From: a virus
Reading direction: 5' to 3' (one strand)
Length of the DNA stretch: 64,000 nt
Virus record (IMG/VR): IMGVR_UViG_3300035562_000069
Coordinates: 5,781-69,780 of that record
The translations under genes and the position numbers were made by a program. Shown one piece after another: positions 20,048-30,665 of the stretch. Each line of letters opens with the position of its first letter. Position 1 is the stretch's first letter. The notes beneath the pieces are model-generated. The model saw only the letters and a list, made by a program, of their open reading frames with translations, was not told where the DNA came from and did no database searches.

Positions 20048-20700
20048 AGTTGGGTGCTCCCATTGTATTGTTCTCGTTTTCTATTGCCTACAGCCATCTC
20101 AGCCTGAGTTTTAACACCCAACTGATCATTAAATGCCTGGTAATGCTGTAGCGCTAACTGCGAGTTGGCGCCGTTCTGGGAGTCTTTGGAATAACAACGG
20201 TATAGCATCCATTCGATGATCGGATTGGTATAGAGCTCATCCAATGAAACTGCAGCCCCCTTATCAACCTGGCTAATACTGACTGACTCGGGGATACGAG
20301 ATACCACGGCATCCAACTGCACGCCTGCCACGGTGCCCGGAAACACGTAAAATGTCCTTGGCGTCTGTTCGTCATAGCAATAACCTTCAATTCCGCCGGT
20401 GCTGAAATGCCAGTCAGGGAATTGCGTATCCAGCGTTTCGCGCGGTACCGGGCGGATCACACGGCCCCCCGCCACCCGGGTGATGTCTAATAGTCGATTA
20501 GCTCCCACAGGCAATTGCTGCTTGGTGCCTTCTACACACGTCAGAAGCTCGGATCTTTCTCCTGCATCCGGACGAACAATAATCACGGCGCGGATCGCGT
20601 CGTTGTAATAATCAAGGAGCTCTGCCTTGGGCCAGCGCAACCATGCGACATCCACGAGCTGCGTGTTAACGCGCCCGATAATCTCGGCAACCTTTTGCAT
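20044..20700 (-). CDS. Head-tail adaptor (tail tubular A-like)
   Basis: RWPKAELLDYYNDAIRAV motif; position after capsid genes. Confidence 0.65.
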   Translation of the reverse strand: MQKVAEIIGRVNTQLVDVAWLRWPKAELLDYYNDAIRAVIIVRPDAGERSELLTCVEGTKQQLPVGANRLLDITRVAGGRVIRPVPRETLDTQFPDWHFSTGGIEGYCYDEQTPRTFYVFPGTVAGVQLDAVVSRIPESVSISQVDKGAAVSLDELYTNPIIEWMLYRCYSKDSQNGANSQLALQHYQAFNDQLGVKTQAEMAVGNRKREQYNGSTQL

Positions 20701-21296
20701 TAGTAGAACTCGTGCTTACGAATGGGGTTATAAAAAGAGGTGATCGGTGAATTTTCCAGAGCGTCGCGGAACGCGCGGCGATAGCCCTCGATAAACTGGG
20801 CATTAAAGTATCCCGCCCGATTCGGATCCGACCACGGCTTGCCAGGCATCATGTACAGGTCATTCAGTGCGCCGGCGGCAATAACATCCAGGTAGTCGTC
20901 GGCGAGTGCATCAGGAATGTCCGTAACACTTCGGCGCGGCTCAATAGCGAACAGGACTGCGACCTTTTCGAACGGACGAACAAACGCGATATGGTTCGCA
21001 GACATGACATTAAAGTCGATCCCCGCCACAAGGACAGCGCCTGGCTCATCAGGCCGTCTCAGCTGCTCGGAGAGATCGATAACACGCAAGCGCTTAACGC
21101 ATTTCACCAGTGAGCTTTCGGTCAACGCATACGTCGTTCCCGGCGTTGCGTCGAGTAATGTCAGCTCTTCACGACAGAACAGCGATTCACGACAAAACGC
21201 GATAGCAGACTCAAGCACCGACTGCCGCATCATGATCTCCAGCGGCCCGTTGATGTGACGCCGGATCGCAGGCAGAAATACGTCAAGCGATGCCAT
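20700..21296 (-). CDS. Virion structural/adaptor protein (198 aa)
   Basis: Coupled ORF in head-tail block. Confidence 0.6.
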   Translation of the reverse strand: MASLDVFLPAIRRHINGPLEIMMRQSVLESAIAFCRESLFCREELTLLDATPGTTYALTESSLVKCVKRLRVIDLSEQLRRPDEPGAVLVAGIDFNVMSANHIAFVRPFEKVAVLFAIEPRRSVTDIPDALADDYLDVIAAGALNDLYMMPGKPWSDPNRAGYFNAQFIEGYRRAFRDALENSPITSFYNPIRKHEFY

Positions 21297-21745
21297 TACT
21301 CGCTATCTCCACCAGCCTGCTTAGCGTTAACTGCATCACGAACACGAATGCGGAAATCGCCAACCTTCTCTTGCGGATCCTGAGTCAGCTCCAGCTCTTC
21401 GGCTTCAATCAGCGTTGCCAACTGCACGGCGGTGAGCTTGGCGAGATCAACCTCATCATTGCCAATTTTGACGACGAAACTGTTTTCGGCTGCCAATGCG
21501 GCTAAACGCGCTTGCTCCAGGCGCTCAACTTCAGCCTGATTCTCTGCGGCGTTTGCCTTCGCTTGCATCACGGTTTCGAGGAAATCCGCTTTTACGAATA
21601 CCGTCGGGTAATCAAGCAACCGATGTGCAATAGCTGACTCGACATCAACAGGGGTAAAACGCGGGAACACCAGACGGCTGCCGGTGATCGTGTCGCGCTT
21701 TTTATCTTTTGGGCCGATATAGGCAACTGCGATAGTTTGGGTCAT
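21296..21745 (-). CDS. Hypothetical head-region protein (149 aa)
   Basis: RBS GGAG; conserved-looking N-terminus YIGPKDKKRDTITG. Confidence 0.65.
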   Translation of the reverse strand: MTQTIAVAYIGPKDKKRDTITGSRLVFPRFTPVDVESAIAHRLLDYPTVFVKADFLETVMQAKANAAENQAEVERLEQARLAALAAENSFVVKIGNDEVDLAKLTAVQLATLIEAEELELTQDPQEKVGDFRIRVRDAVNAKQAGGDSE

Positions 21746-21809
21746 TGGAGTGCTCCAATAAAAAAGGCCCGCACTTGGCGAGCCTCTTGGGTTTACGGGG
21801 ATTAGCGGA

Positions 21810-22208
21810 TCAGTAGCCGGTCGCTACATATTTTACGTTGACCACCAGGCGGCCGGCAGCATCACCGCCACCAACCGTTGCGGTAATCTTCTCACCACTG
21901 GCAACTGTGCTGTAAGGCACAATCGGAACTACTTTCGCTACTGCAGCAGCATGACTGCCTGCGGCCACCAGTGTGGTGGTGCCGGACTTAATCGCCACCG
22001 TTACACCGGCACCCAACGCTTCACTGACGATATCCAGTGAATAAATGCGCATGCCGATCGGCATTTCCAGCAGCTCTACCACATCGCCAGATTTTGCTGC
22101 CGACAAAATGATCTGCCCTTCTGCAATCGACAGGTTGCCCTGCGGGCCCTGATAAACAGCGTCTCGCATAGATGGCGCGATAATCGTTGCCATAGTTTTC
22201 TTCTCCAA
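21810..22208 (-). CDS. Capsid decoration/cement protein
   Basis: Small beta-rich protein directly after the major capsid gene. Confidence 0.65.
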   Translation of the reverse strand: MEKKTMATIIAPSMRDAVYQGPQGNLSIAEGQIILSAAKSGDVVELLEMPIGMRIYSLDIVSEALGAGVTVAIKSGTTTLVAAGSHAAAVAKVVPIVPYSTVASGEKITATVGGGDAAGRLVVNVKYVATGY

Positions 22209-22238
22209 AAAAAAGCAGGCCGAAACCTGCTGGTTGAA

Positions 22239-23462
22239 TTAACGGCCCAGCGTAATCGCCGAGTCCACCACCATGATGCCGTGGTCGTTCACGCGCCCGT
22301 CTTTCTGCTGGAAACGGATTTTTTTCAGGCCGTTAATCCAACTCACAGAGATTTCAGCGCCATTGCCATGGTCAACCTTCTCTTCGTGATAACCGAAGTG
22401 ACCACCGGCTTCACCGGTACCGTAGGCATTACCCAGAGCCTGGCCGCCCAGCAACAGTGCGCGGTCAATGGTGGTACCGGCTGTTTTATTTGAAACGCTG
22501 GCCACGTTGTCGTTATTTGAAACCGCGACGGTCGAGCCGGTATTGAAGCGGATCGGCATGCCGGAGTATTTGCGGATCAGGATGTTGCGCCACATCGCGC
22601 ATTCACCTTTAAACAGCGGATGATCGAAGCCTTTCGAGCGGTTAACCGCGCGCACCATCATCGCCTGCCAGTCTTTGCCAGAAGTTGAGGTGTACCAGTC
22701 GTTCCACTGACGTGGGGTGACGTAGAGAACAAAGTACGGGTCTTCGTCCTTCAATTCGTCCTTGGACATTTTGACCGGTTGCAGCGGGTGCGCCATTTCG
22801 TCCAGGAACAACGCGATGTTATCGACAGTGCCCAGACTGAACAGATCAGCGGCATCCAGTTGCTCGAACGATGTCGCATCACCGGCATAGAAATGGCGGT
22901 CATACGTCGGTGGCATCACGTCATTGATCATGATCTTGCCGAACTCGCCATGCCCCGCCAGTGGCAGAATAGTGTCATCGGCAATGAAATCGCCGCGAGC
23001 ACCAGCCAGATGGACAGTCGCACACTGATCCTGCAGGTCATTGAAGTAGGTACCCAGCAGAACGCGCGCGGTTTTATTCAGGTTGTGCTTGAAACGCTGC
23101 TGCGACATCTTGCCGCCCGCATCTACCAGGTGACGCCCTTGGTTAATCTTCAATGAGAAGTCAGCAAACCCGAGGTTTTCACCACGGCCTGCCAGCTTTT
23201 CATCACCCATGGTCGGGCGCTTGCTCAGCTTGTGGACGATCTGCATATTAACTTCATCACCCTTCTGCTTTTGCAGATCGGTAATGCGGACAACAGGCGC
23301 AGTAAAGCTGGTTTGCAGGGTGCCTTTCTTATCCGGGTTTACGGCCTTCGGCGCTTCCTGCTGTTCAGTCAGCACGTTCACGAATGAGCGGTTGCGGTTC
23401 GCTGCAGTAAACAGCGCGACCTGCTGGAGCTTATTCGCCTGGGCAGAGGTAATAGTGGTCAT
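22239..23462 (-). CDS. Major capsid protein, N4-gp56/DUF4043 family (933W-like)
   Basis: MTTITSAQANKLQQVALFTAANRNRS...KLSKRPTMGD...INQGRHLVDAGG matches recalled 933W-type capsid. Confidence 0.9.
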   Translation of the reverse strand: MTTITSAQANKLQQVALFTAANRNRSFVNVLTEQQEAPKAVNPDKKGTLQTSFTAPVVRITDLQKQKGDEVNMQIVHKLSKRPTMGDEKLAGRGENLGFADFSLKINQGRHLVDAGGKMSQQRFKHNLNKTARVLLGTYFNDLQDQCATVHLAGARGDFIADDTILPLAGHGEFGKIMINDVMPPTYDRHFYAGDATSFEQLDAADLFSLGTVDNIALFLDEMAHPLQPVKMSKDELKDEDPYFVLYVTPRQWNDWYTSTSGKDWQAMMVRAVNRSKGFDHPLFKGECAMWRNILIRKYSGMPIRFNTGSTVAVSNNDNVASVSNKTAGTTIDRALLLGGQALGNAYGTGEAGGHFGYHEEKVDHGNGAEISVSWINGLKKIRFQQKDGRVNDHGIMVVDSAITLGR

Positions 23463-23526
23463 GGATAACTCCCAAAAGAAAAACCCGCACGAGGCGGGCT
23501 ATAGATAAATGATATTGACCGTCAGG

Positions 23527-24564
23527 TCAGAGCGACTGCTCTAACAGCGCGTCGATTTGAGCCTCACTCATGCCAGAGAACATTGCCGTCAACTGCTGAT
23601 GATCAGCACCAGCGGCTTGCTCCAATAGCGTAGGTTGATGCGTACTCGGCGACCCCAGATCAGACGGTGATGTTGGGATTGCGGCAGAAGCTTTAGCCGC
23701 GGCTAACTTGTCATCTGCCAATTTTTGGAGCTCTTCAGCGGTAGGCTGTGCGGTTTGTGCTGCGACAGGAGATTGAGGCGCCTCAACACTCTCGCCGTAA
23801 GCCGCTTTGGTGCGCTTAACCACTTCGTTGAATCGCTCAGTTAATGGCTTGTCTTTCCATGCAGGGTCGGTTTGCAACTTCTCATCGAGGTGAACCGCAA
23901 GGCTAAAACGGTCTGGATCCGCAGACTGCCACCCTTCAAGCTCGGGTGTGGCCTTCAACGCATCAGTAACCGGATTACCTGTGGATTCAACCGGTGCAGG
24001 CTGCGCACCCGGATTCGCCTTTTGCAGATAATCAATCTTCTGCACCAACGTTTCGAAAACACCGGACAGATCCGGGAATTCATTACGGATTTTAGCCAGT
24101 TGCTCGGGAGTAATTTGCGCTTCTTCGGGTAATTTTGCCGGAGTTAAGCCAGCCTGATTAACCTGCTGCGTCAGCATCTGAAGCTGGCGCTTGGTCTGCT
24201 CCAGTTCATTGCTCGCCCGCTGCTGGCCCTCGGCATTACGACGGCTCTCTGCTCGCGCGGCCTCCAATACGGCATAGGGGATGACGTGCTTGCCGTCCTG
24301 AGTTGCGATACCTTTCGGCTGCTCTTCAGTTACAGCATTACCTGCAGCGCTGGCTCCGGTCTGTTCAACAGTGACACCCGGCGGCGGTGTGACTTCCGTA
24401 TCGCCCGTTTTAATCTGCTCAACAGCCGCAGCAACCTGCGTAACAGGCTTTTCAGTGCTTGCAGGAACAACTGCCGCGTCTGAAATCTCCACCTCACCCA
24501 AACTATCCAGCAGGGCTTCAATTTCCTCTGCTGTCTCATTACCCGTTAAATTATCGATGTCCAC
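23527..24564 (-). CDS. Scaffolding protein
   Basis: Acidic/Ala-Pro-rich, DGKHVIPYAVLEAAR motif, directly upstream of capsid gene. Confidence 0.75.
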   Translation of the reverse strand: MDIDNLTGNETAEEIEALLDSLGEVEISDAAVVPASTEKPVTQVAAAVEQIKTGDTEVTPPPGVTVEQTGASAAGNAVTEEQPKGIATQDGKHVIPYAVLEAARAESRRNAEGQQRASNELEQTKRQLQMLTQQVNQAGLTPAKLPEEAQITPEQLAKIRNEFPDLSGVFETLVQKIDYLQKANPGAQPAPVESTGNPVTDALKATPELEGWQSADPDRFSLAVHLDEKLQTDPAWKDKPLTERFNEVVKRTKAAYGESVEAPQSPVAAQTAQPTAEELQKLADDKLAAAKASAAIPTSPSDLGSPSTHQPTLLEQAAGADHQQLTAMFSGMSEAQIDALLEQSL

Positions 24565-24742
24565 GTCCCTACTCCTGCATGTCTATTTGTCGGATAGATC
24601 CGAAATGGAAAGGCGTATCGCTGCCCGTGCGAATAAGCACTCTGTTGCCAAAGTGCTTAGCGGCACAAACAAAAATGCCCGCACGAGGCGGGCAAATACT
24701 CAAAAGAAAATCACAACAGCACTGACCCTTGACCGGGGGAAA

Positions 24743-24815
24743 TAAAAAAGCCCCGCTTTTTAGGGCGAGGCTTGATATCATTCCGAAATCTAGCGCATCA
24801 AAAATCTTGACGCAA
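24743..24815 (-). promoter_or_regulatory. Late promoter-terminator cassette, copy 3
   Basis: TTGCGT-17bp(...ATGCGC)-TAGATT-tcgg-AATGAT, hairpin AAGCCTCGC/GCGGGGCTT and U-tract. Confidence 0.8.
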
Positions 24816-24820
24816 GCATT

Positions 24821-25633
24821 TTATCGGTAAGTTGCCGATGAACAACCTACACTAACATTATAAAAATCATTAAATGCTAAAAACTGGCCAACATCATCCT
24901 CTGAAAATTTATTTCTAGGCCCTAAAGTGATACTCTTAATAGCATGTAATGGAAAGTTAAGTTCAAAATATGATGTGAGAAATCCGGCGCCAATCCTATG
25001 TCTAATATCACTTATCTTATTTGTTACTGATATTACTTTCTTAGTGTCATCTCTTGAAATTAGCGGAGAGTATATCAATCTTTTTTCACACTCCTCACTA
25101 AATGCTGGATTTTTAATTGTCATGTAAATATAAGAACACCACTTGGCGAATAAAGAGGCGCTCCTGCATTTTTCAGGATAGTGTTTGATTATTTGGAGAG
25201 CCTCTTTGTCTAACCAATCTTCCACTTCTTTGTGTGACATATAATTAACCTCTTTAAGTGCCACACTTCTCTTTGCATCAAAAAAAGACTCTACAAATTG
25301 CTCGCCAACAGCAAGGTACTCATCATCAAACCCTATGGATACACCTTCACCATCTTGCGCGTAAGCTCTCCATTGGCTTAACGAATCATTTTTAAGAGAG
25401 AAGCATGCTATATATCGAGGAATATATTGACTTAAAAACTCCTCACGAACCATATTACACCACCTTTCCCCAAATCTACTCCAGTTATTCTCTAGCACTC
25501 TGTTGAGAGCATCATTAAACCACGTGCCCTCAGCGAAATCGTTCATATTTTTAGTAGATGATAACCAAAGGCATTTCCTCTCGACAATCTGCAGAAATGT
25601 ATGGGGTGAGCAGTAATGATAAATAAGTGCCAC
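24821..25633 (-). CDS. AT-rich DUF2971-like moron between portal and scaffold
   Basis: IYHYCS...LWLS...MNDFAEG...IACFS...SLSQWRAYAQDGEGVSIGFD...KNPAFSEECEKR; GTG start with AAGGAG RBS. Confidence 0.8.
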   Translation of the reverse strand: MALIYHYCSPHTFLQIVERKCLWLSSTKNMNDFAEGTWFNDALNRVLENNWSRFGERWCNMVREEFLSQYIPRYIACFSLKNDSLSQWRAYAQDGEGVSIGFDDEYLAVGEQFVESFFDAKRSVALKEVNYMSHKEVEDWLDKEALQIIKHYPEKCRSASLFAKWCSYIYMTIKNPAFSEECEKRLIYSPLISRDDTKKVISVTNKISDIRHRIGAGFLTSYFELNFPLHAIKSITLGPRNKFSEDDVGQFLAFNDFYNVSVGCSSATYR

Positions 25634-25659
25634 AGTATTCTCCTTATGCGATTAATGGA

Positions 25660-27786
25660 TTATACAGGAATCGAGTCAATTTCCCCCTGAATGGTCTGCA
25701 AGATTTGGTCATTCAGGGCGTGGATCTCCGCAGACACATTCTCCATCTGCTGCAGTATCTGCCCTGTTTGCGCCTGAGTATGGGCATCATTAAAGCGCTG
25801 GCCGTTGGCTAATGCCTGGTCGCGTTCCGCTTGAGCAGCAATCCGCTTACTTTCCGCCTCCAACTTAGCAACCTTCCCGGCAATCTCACGCATCGCCAGT
25901 TCTTGCTGCGCCTGCTGCATTTGCTGCTCTTGCTGGGCGGCCTGCTGTTCCTCTGGCGTCATTTCGTCCGGGGCCTTCGGTGTGCCAAGTGCGCTGCGGA
26001 TCCGCTCAATGAACTCCTGCTTGTTCGGCACATCCAGCAACTCTACCCACATATCCAGCACTGTCGCCTGCACTTCTGGTGGCAAACCGGTAATCACTTG
26101 AGACATCCGCTCTGCCAGTTGTGATTTATACGCCGGCGTCTGCTGAATAGGTGCTAGGGCAATATGAGCGCGCAACCGCGATACATCGTTATTCATCGGG
26201 CCCTGCCCATCCTCAACATTCAGCATGATCTCTTTACGGCGCCGCTTATCGTCCCGGTTGATCACCACTTTGTGATTTCGGCGGCGGCTTAGATCCTCCA
26301 ACAGATACGATAACAACAACTGCCCAACCTGCTGGCAGGCAAATTGGTAGTTGTCGTTGATTTCTGCCAGAGTCGTGGCACCTTGCTCCACCAGATTGCT
26401 AATAGCGATGCCACTCGATGCGCTTGAGTCCTGCCCAAGGAACGCGGAATACACGCCCATGCCATCCTGAATCAGCTTCATCGACTCTTGCATGACCGTA
26501 AACTGCTGCTGAGCCACCTGGAAATCCTGCTGCACCGTCAACGCTTCCGCTATGGTCTTTTTGTTCTTGCGATCCGGGTTGAGATTAACCACACCGTCGG
26601 GCCGTTCCAGCTCTTCCGCCAGTTGCTTATCGGTCATGTTAGTGGCGTCAGCGTCCTTAATCACGCGCTTGGCCTGCAACAGCCAGGTGAGCTTAATCCG
26701 ACGGAAATTCACTTCATCCTGTGCCGGAATGGCACGACAGGCCAGCCCATAGGGCGCGCCGGTTTTGTCTTTGCGGTAACCCCAGAATGGAATCAACGGG
26801 AACATACCCTGCGGCGCAGAACACGGGCGGTCTGTGATGAAGTGCGGGCCGACAAACCACGCTTCGCGGATCCGGCTAACGCGGGCCATCGTGACCGATA
26901 CGCGGCCAGTGGCCAGCGCCACGGCATGCATGACGTTGTTCTTGTCGTACTGAATAACACGCCCATTCGACAGCTCCATAACCGGCATCTGTTGGTAGGT
27001 GCGGTAATAGATGACCTGCAGCATGACGCGCTTACGGTTTGACGTGATCCACTCGGCCTGGTCACGGCTATACGAGTTATATTCCTCATAACCGTTTATC
27101 AGATTGGACTCATCACCCTCCGCCAGATCGGTTTCGACAAAACCTTTCCATTCACGTACTGAATAATCGATAACATCAGCATGCCCAGGGAACGAGCCTT
27201 TCACTTCATCGACATCCAGCCAACGCTTACGCATCAACCACCGACAGTCACTCAGGTCAGCTTCTCGGCTGAACCAGTCCCAGAATACTTCGTTACGGTG
27301 CACGGTACCGGCTTTGTACTTGTTGCCGAACGGGTCGCTATTGCGGCGCACTTCAACCCAGCTTAGGCCCGCCTTTATCTGCTCAGCGTATGCATCGGAA
27401 CGTGCCTTGTTCAGATTGCTTAGCCGGCAGGCGTCGGAGTATTCAGCGTTGACCGCTTCCGCCATCTGCTCCATCTCTTCGCTTGGGTCATCAGCAATGA
27501 CCATCAGATCGGTACGTGTCTTTGCCTCCATCCCGAGCACACCGTCGATAGTCGGAGCGATCAGGTTGTGCATGGTTAATGGCTGCCCACGCTCTTTTAG
27601 CTTGGTAACAACCTCCGGCGGCAGCTGATCGCCATCGTAATAAGCACAGGCTGTATTGGCTGTGGTTCTCCACTCAGGCTGTGAATCTATATCAGCAGAG
27701 ATATTCAGCAGTTGTTGCAGCGAAAAGCGGTCGCGGTTGTCCGGCTGAGACTGCGTGTCTTCAGCGTCAATCATGGCTGTATTCAT
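25660..27786 (-). CDS. Portal protein (933W/P22-like)
   Basis: 708 aa; YYDGDQL...NLIAPTIDGVLGMEAKTRTD; C-terminal Q-rich barrel. Confidence 0.9.
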   Translation of the reverse strand: MNTAMIDAEDTQSQPDNRDRFSLQQLLNISADIDSQPEWRTTANTACAYYDGDQLPPEVVTKLKERGQPLTMHNLIAPTIDGVLGMEAKTRTDLMVIADDPSEEMEQMAEAVNAEYSDACRLSNLNKARSDAYAEQIKAGLSWVEVRRNSDPFGNKYKAGTVHRNEVFWDWFSREADLSDCRWLMRKRWLDVDEVKGSFPGHADVIDYSVREWKGFVETDLAEGDESNLINGYEEYNSYSRDQAEWITSNRKRVMLQVIYYRTYQQMPVMELSNGRVIQYDKNNVMHAVALATGRVSVTMARVSRIREAWFVGPHFITDRPCSAPQGMFPLIPFWGYRKDKTGAPYGLACRAIPAQDEVNFRRIKLTWLLQAKRVIKDADATNMTDKQLAEELERPDGVVNLNPDRKNKKTIAEALTVQQDFQVAQQQFTVMQESMKLIQDGMGVYSAFLGQDSSASSGIAISNLVEQGATTLAEINDNYQFACQQVGQLLLSYLLEDLSRRRNHKVVINRDDKRRRKEIMLNVEDGQGPMNNDVSRLRAHIALAPIQQTPAYKSQLAERMSQVITGLPPEVQATVLDMWVELLDVPNKQEFIERIRSALGTPKAPDEMTPEEQQAAQQEQQMQQAQQELAMREIAGKVAKLEAESKRIAAQAERDQALANGQRFNDAHTQAQTGQILQQMENVSAEIHALNDQILQTIQGEIDSIPV

Positions 27787-29501
27787 CAGTGAGACATCCA
27801 GTGTGTGGGTTTAGATCTGTCGATAGGTGTGACTTTCGGACGGGCAGGCATACGAGCTCGCATCTCTTGGGCAATGGCATAGCTCATCACCTGGTCATCG
27901 TAACAACCAGATTGCGCGCCCATGGCACCCTTGGGGTCATACACGTAGGTGTTCGCTTCATTGACGGTGCCGATCCAGCGGATGCCACTGACACCGTTAC
28001 GTAATAGGGTTTTCAAGCCTTCGGTGATAACTGGCTTACTTTGCTTTGTAGTCAGCCAACCGAGCTTTGGCGTCTCGTCGTCGTCTTCGCGATCGAGATA
28101 CTGCTCAGCATAAATAGCGCGCAGCGGGTAGATATCACGAAGCTTTTGCAGCACCGCGTGACCGTGGTTATTACGCTCTGGCCCGATGTAGGCGGTGTTG
28201 TACCATTTGCCGACGTGTGCCAGCAGTTGTGCGAATAGCTCAGCATCGAGATAGCCGAACCAATGCGCCACTTGCTCGCCGCTGCTCTTCTTGATGACGT
28301 CAAACGAAGATCGGTCGCCGTTTTCCAACCCTTCCGCGATATCAGCGCCAATTGCATAGTCTTCTTCCGGATCTGGAAGCTCCCAGACCAGCAGATGATT
28401 TAACAAGGTGCGGACAAGCTCTTTTGTTTCACCGCCGCGCAGCCCCTGAGCTTTGGTCTTGGTGCCGGTTACCGGATCCATGTCGTACACCAGCAATGGC
28501 GGCTTACAGTGGCCTTGCGCTTTCATCGTGCTGATGGCATCGAATACACGACGGCCAGATGTCAGGAAGGCTTCCAGCGGCGTGCTGGGAAACTCCTGCT
28601 TCATTTCGTCACGCTGCTCGATTTCTTTGTTGATATACCACTGGCGCTGCTCGGCGCTGAGCGTGATCTGCATCGACAGCTCAACCCCTGTAAAATATTC
28701 CCTGTGGTATTTGCTGAGACGTAGGCCGGCAGCCGGTACCTGAGCCACATACTTAGGATCCTGCCACCAGGCAAAGAAATGAAACTTCCAATCCTGCGTA
28801 GTCAGCTCGATACCAGACTGCCCCAGCTCCATTGAGCGGGTGCTCATCTCGTGGAAGTCGCCGCCGACACCCTCCGCCGTGCTTTCGATGAAGGCGATAC
28901 AGCCATCGTGAATGGCGTTAAGCGTACCGGTTCGCACCTCTTTGGCTTTGGCCGGGTACTTGGCGCAGATCTTCCCATGCTCGGAAATGTGCAGGCGCTG
29001 GACGGTACCGGAACGGAATGAGGTTGCCACCTGAATGCTGCTGCCATGGGCAAACAGAATGTAACCGCCGTTCGCCCCGCTGCGTCGCTCAGTAATTTTA
29101 AAGTCGGCTCTCAACCACCCCGGCAGGTTGTCGAAAGGGATCGCTATTTTGGTACGGAATATCTCGCCGGCTGCTGATTTGTCCTGAGCGATAATCCCGC
29201 ACTTCAGGTTCTTGTTGAACAGCGCCTGATCCAGCAAGTAAATGTCGATTGCCGTTGAGAAGCCGAGCTGTCGCGCCTTCAAGATGATGTTGCGGTAATG
29301 CATCGATTCGAACAACGCACGCTGCGCCGGCCGTAAACGGAACGTGACCAGTTCACCCTTTTCATTCTCGATTTTGTAGAGGTTGTTCAGCCGCCACCAG
29401 GGATTGGAAAGCTTGGTGACTATGAACAGGCTCTGCTGCGCTGGAGTCATTCCGCTCAGTTCGTCTTCAACGCCAACTGATTCGTCGAATTGCGCCGTCA
29501 T
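27786..29501 (-). CDS. Terminase large subunit
   Basis: Walker A ILKARQLGFST, Walker B/ATPase LHISEHG, FIESTAEG, nuclease IGADIAEG and DDQVMS. Confidence 0.95.
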   Translation of the reverse strand: MTAQFDESVGVEDELSGMTPAQQSLFIVTKLSNPWWRLNNLYKIENEKGELVTFRLRPAQRALFESMHYRNIILKARQLGFSTAIDIYLLDQALFNKNLKCGIIAQDKSAAGEIFRTKIAIPFDNLPGWLRADFKITERRSGANGGYILFAHGSSIQVATSFRSGTVQRLHISEHGKICAKYPAKAKEVRTGTLNAIHDGCIAFIESTAEGVGGDFHEMSTRSMELGQSGIELTTQDWKFHFFAWWQDPKYVAQVPAAGLRLSKYHREYFTGVELSMQITLSAEQRQWYINKEIEQRDEMKQEFPSTPLEAFLTSGRRVFDAISTMKAQGHCKPPLLVYDMDPVTGTKTKAQGLRGGETKELVRTLLNHLLVWELPDPEEDYAIGADIAEGLENGDRSSFDVIKKSSGEQVAHWFGYLDAELFAQLLAHVGKWYNTAYIGPERNNHGHAVLQKLRDIYPLRAIYAEQYLDREDDDETPKLGWLTTKQSKPVITEGLKTLLRNGVSGIRWIGTVNEANTYVYDPKGAMGAQSGCYDDQVMSYAIAQEMRARMPARPKVTPIDRSKPTHWMSH

Positions 29502-30343
29502 TTGGACATCAGTCCAGTATCTGACATGCCCTGAATATCAGAGACGATGCCTGATAGTGGCGTAGTGACGTCTTTGCTTTCCGCCGTAAGCTTCTGCGTC
29601 TCCGCTTTCAGCTTGGCCGTGGCCGCTTTGATTCGGAGCGTATCCTCGCTAAGCCGGGGAACATTGACGGCATTCAGTTGCAGGCTGCTGAGCGTGCGCT
29701 CTATGGACTCAATACGCCCAATATTTCTGTCGAGCCCCTGCTCAGCCTTGAGAAATTTGTCGTAAAGCTCAATGCGGGTTTCTACGCTCTCAGCCTTCTG
29801 CAAATCCTCCATGATCTGCTTCATCGTCTTGGTGACTGATAACGCACGAGCGCGGGTGAATATCAGCTCGTCATGCAGGTCAGAGTCAGCGACGGCTTCG
29901 AACAACTCGTCAGCATCCAGATACTTTGAATAGGCGGAATGCTTTCTGGCGGTTTGATTACGCGGGGCAAATGCATTCGAAGGGACGCCGGTATTGCCTG
30001 CATTGCCTTGAGTAAATCGGCCCTTACCGTCTCTTCCGTGCGGTTTCGCGTCAGGATCCGGAGCTTTACCAATCTCTTCATTTGCGTCTGCTGATACATG
30101 TTCATCGTCATCTACTGAATCATTACCATCTGCGCAGTTTTGCGCATTCTCATTGCGCTGCGCACTGTGCGCAGTATTGCGATGTTTGTTTTGCGCAGAT
30201 TGCGCAGCACGAGGTTTGATGTAGCGACGAGCCGATTGATAGTTCAACCCACGGTTCTCACACCACTGCTGAGCTGTTATCCCTGTAGCTGCATTGTCCC
30301 TGAGGAACTCAGCCTGCAGCGCTTTCCAGTCATGCTTTGCCAT
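29498..30343 (-). CDS. Terminase small subunit
   Basis: MAKHDWKALQAEF N-terminal HTH, GRFTQGN motif; overlaps terL start. Confidence 0.8.
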   Translation of the reverse strand: MAKHDWKALQAEFLRDNAATGITAQQWCENRGLNYQSARRYIKPRAAQSAQNKHRNTAHSAQRNENAQNCADGNDSVDDDEHVSADANEEIGKAPDPDAKPHGRDGKGRFTQGNAGNTGVPSNAFAPRNQTARKHSAYSKYLDADELFEAVADSDLHDELIFTRARALSVTKTMKQIMEDLQKAESVETRIELYDKFLKAEQGLDRNIGRIESIERTLSSLQLNAVNVPRLSEDTLRIKAATAKLKAETQKLTAESKDVTTPLSGIVSDIQGMSDTGLMSK

Positions 30344-30413
30344 GTGATGTGTTTACTGCTCTCTTCCATTGACCATTAGACAGCCCACCCTGGAGGATGA
30401 ACTGTGTGATGGC

Positions 30414-30626
30414 TTATGCAACGGGCTGTGCTGAGTTGGTGTAAGTGGCTACTGTCTTGCCAGCCGCATTCGTTACATAGACGTCGTCCCCGGGCAACAG
30501 GTGATACTTCTCATCGCCGCCACTACCAATCACTGAAAGAGTTTTGCTTTCCCCATTCCATAGGACTTCGCTGCCGCCGATTAACCGCTCTTGCTTAGTG
30601 GCATACTTCAACTTGATGGTGAACAT
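30414..30626 (-). CDS. Hypothetical 70-aa phage protein
   Basis: RBS GGAG, located between spanins and terS. Confidence 0.6.
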   Translation of the reverse strand: MFTIKLKYATKQERLIGGSEVLWNGESKTLSVIGSGGDEKYHLLPGDDVYVTNAAGKTVATYTNSAQPVA

Positions 30627-30665
30627 ATTGCTTCTCCTGCTTCTGTTAGTAAAAAGCCCCGGTAA

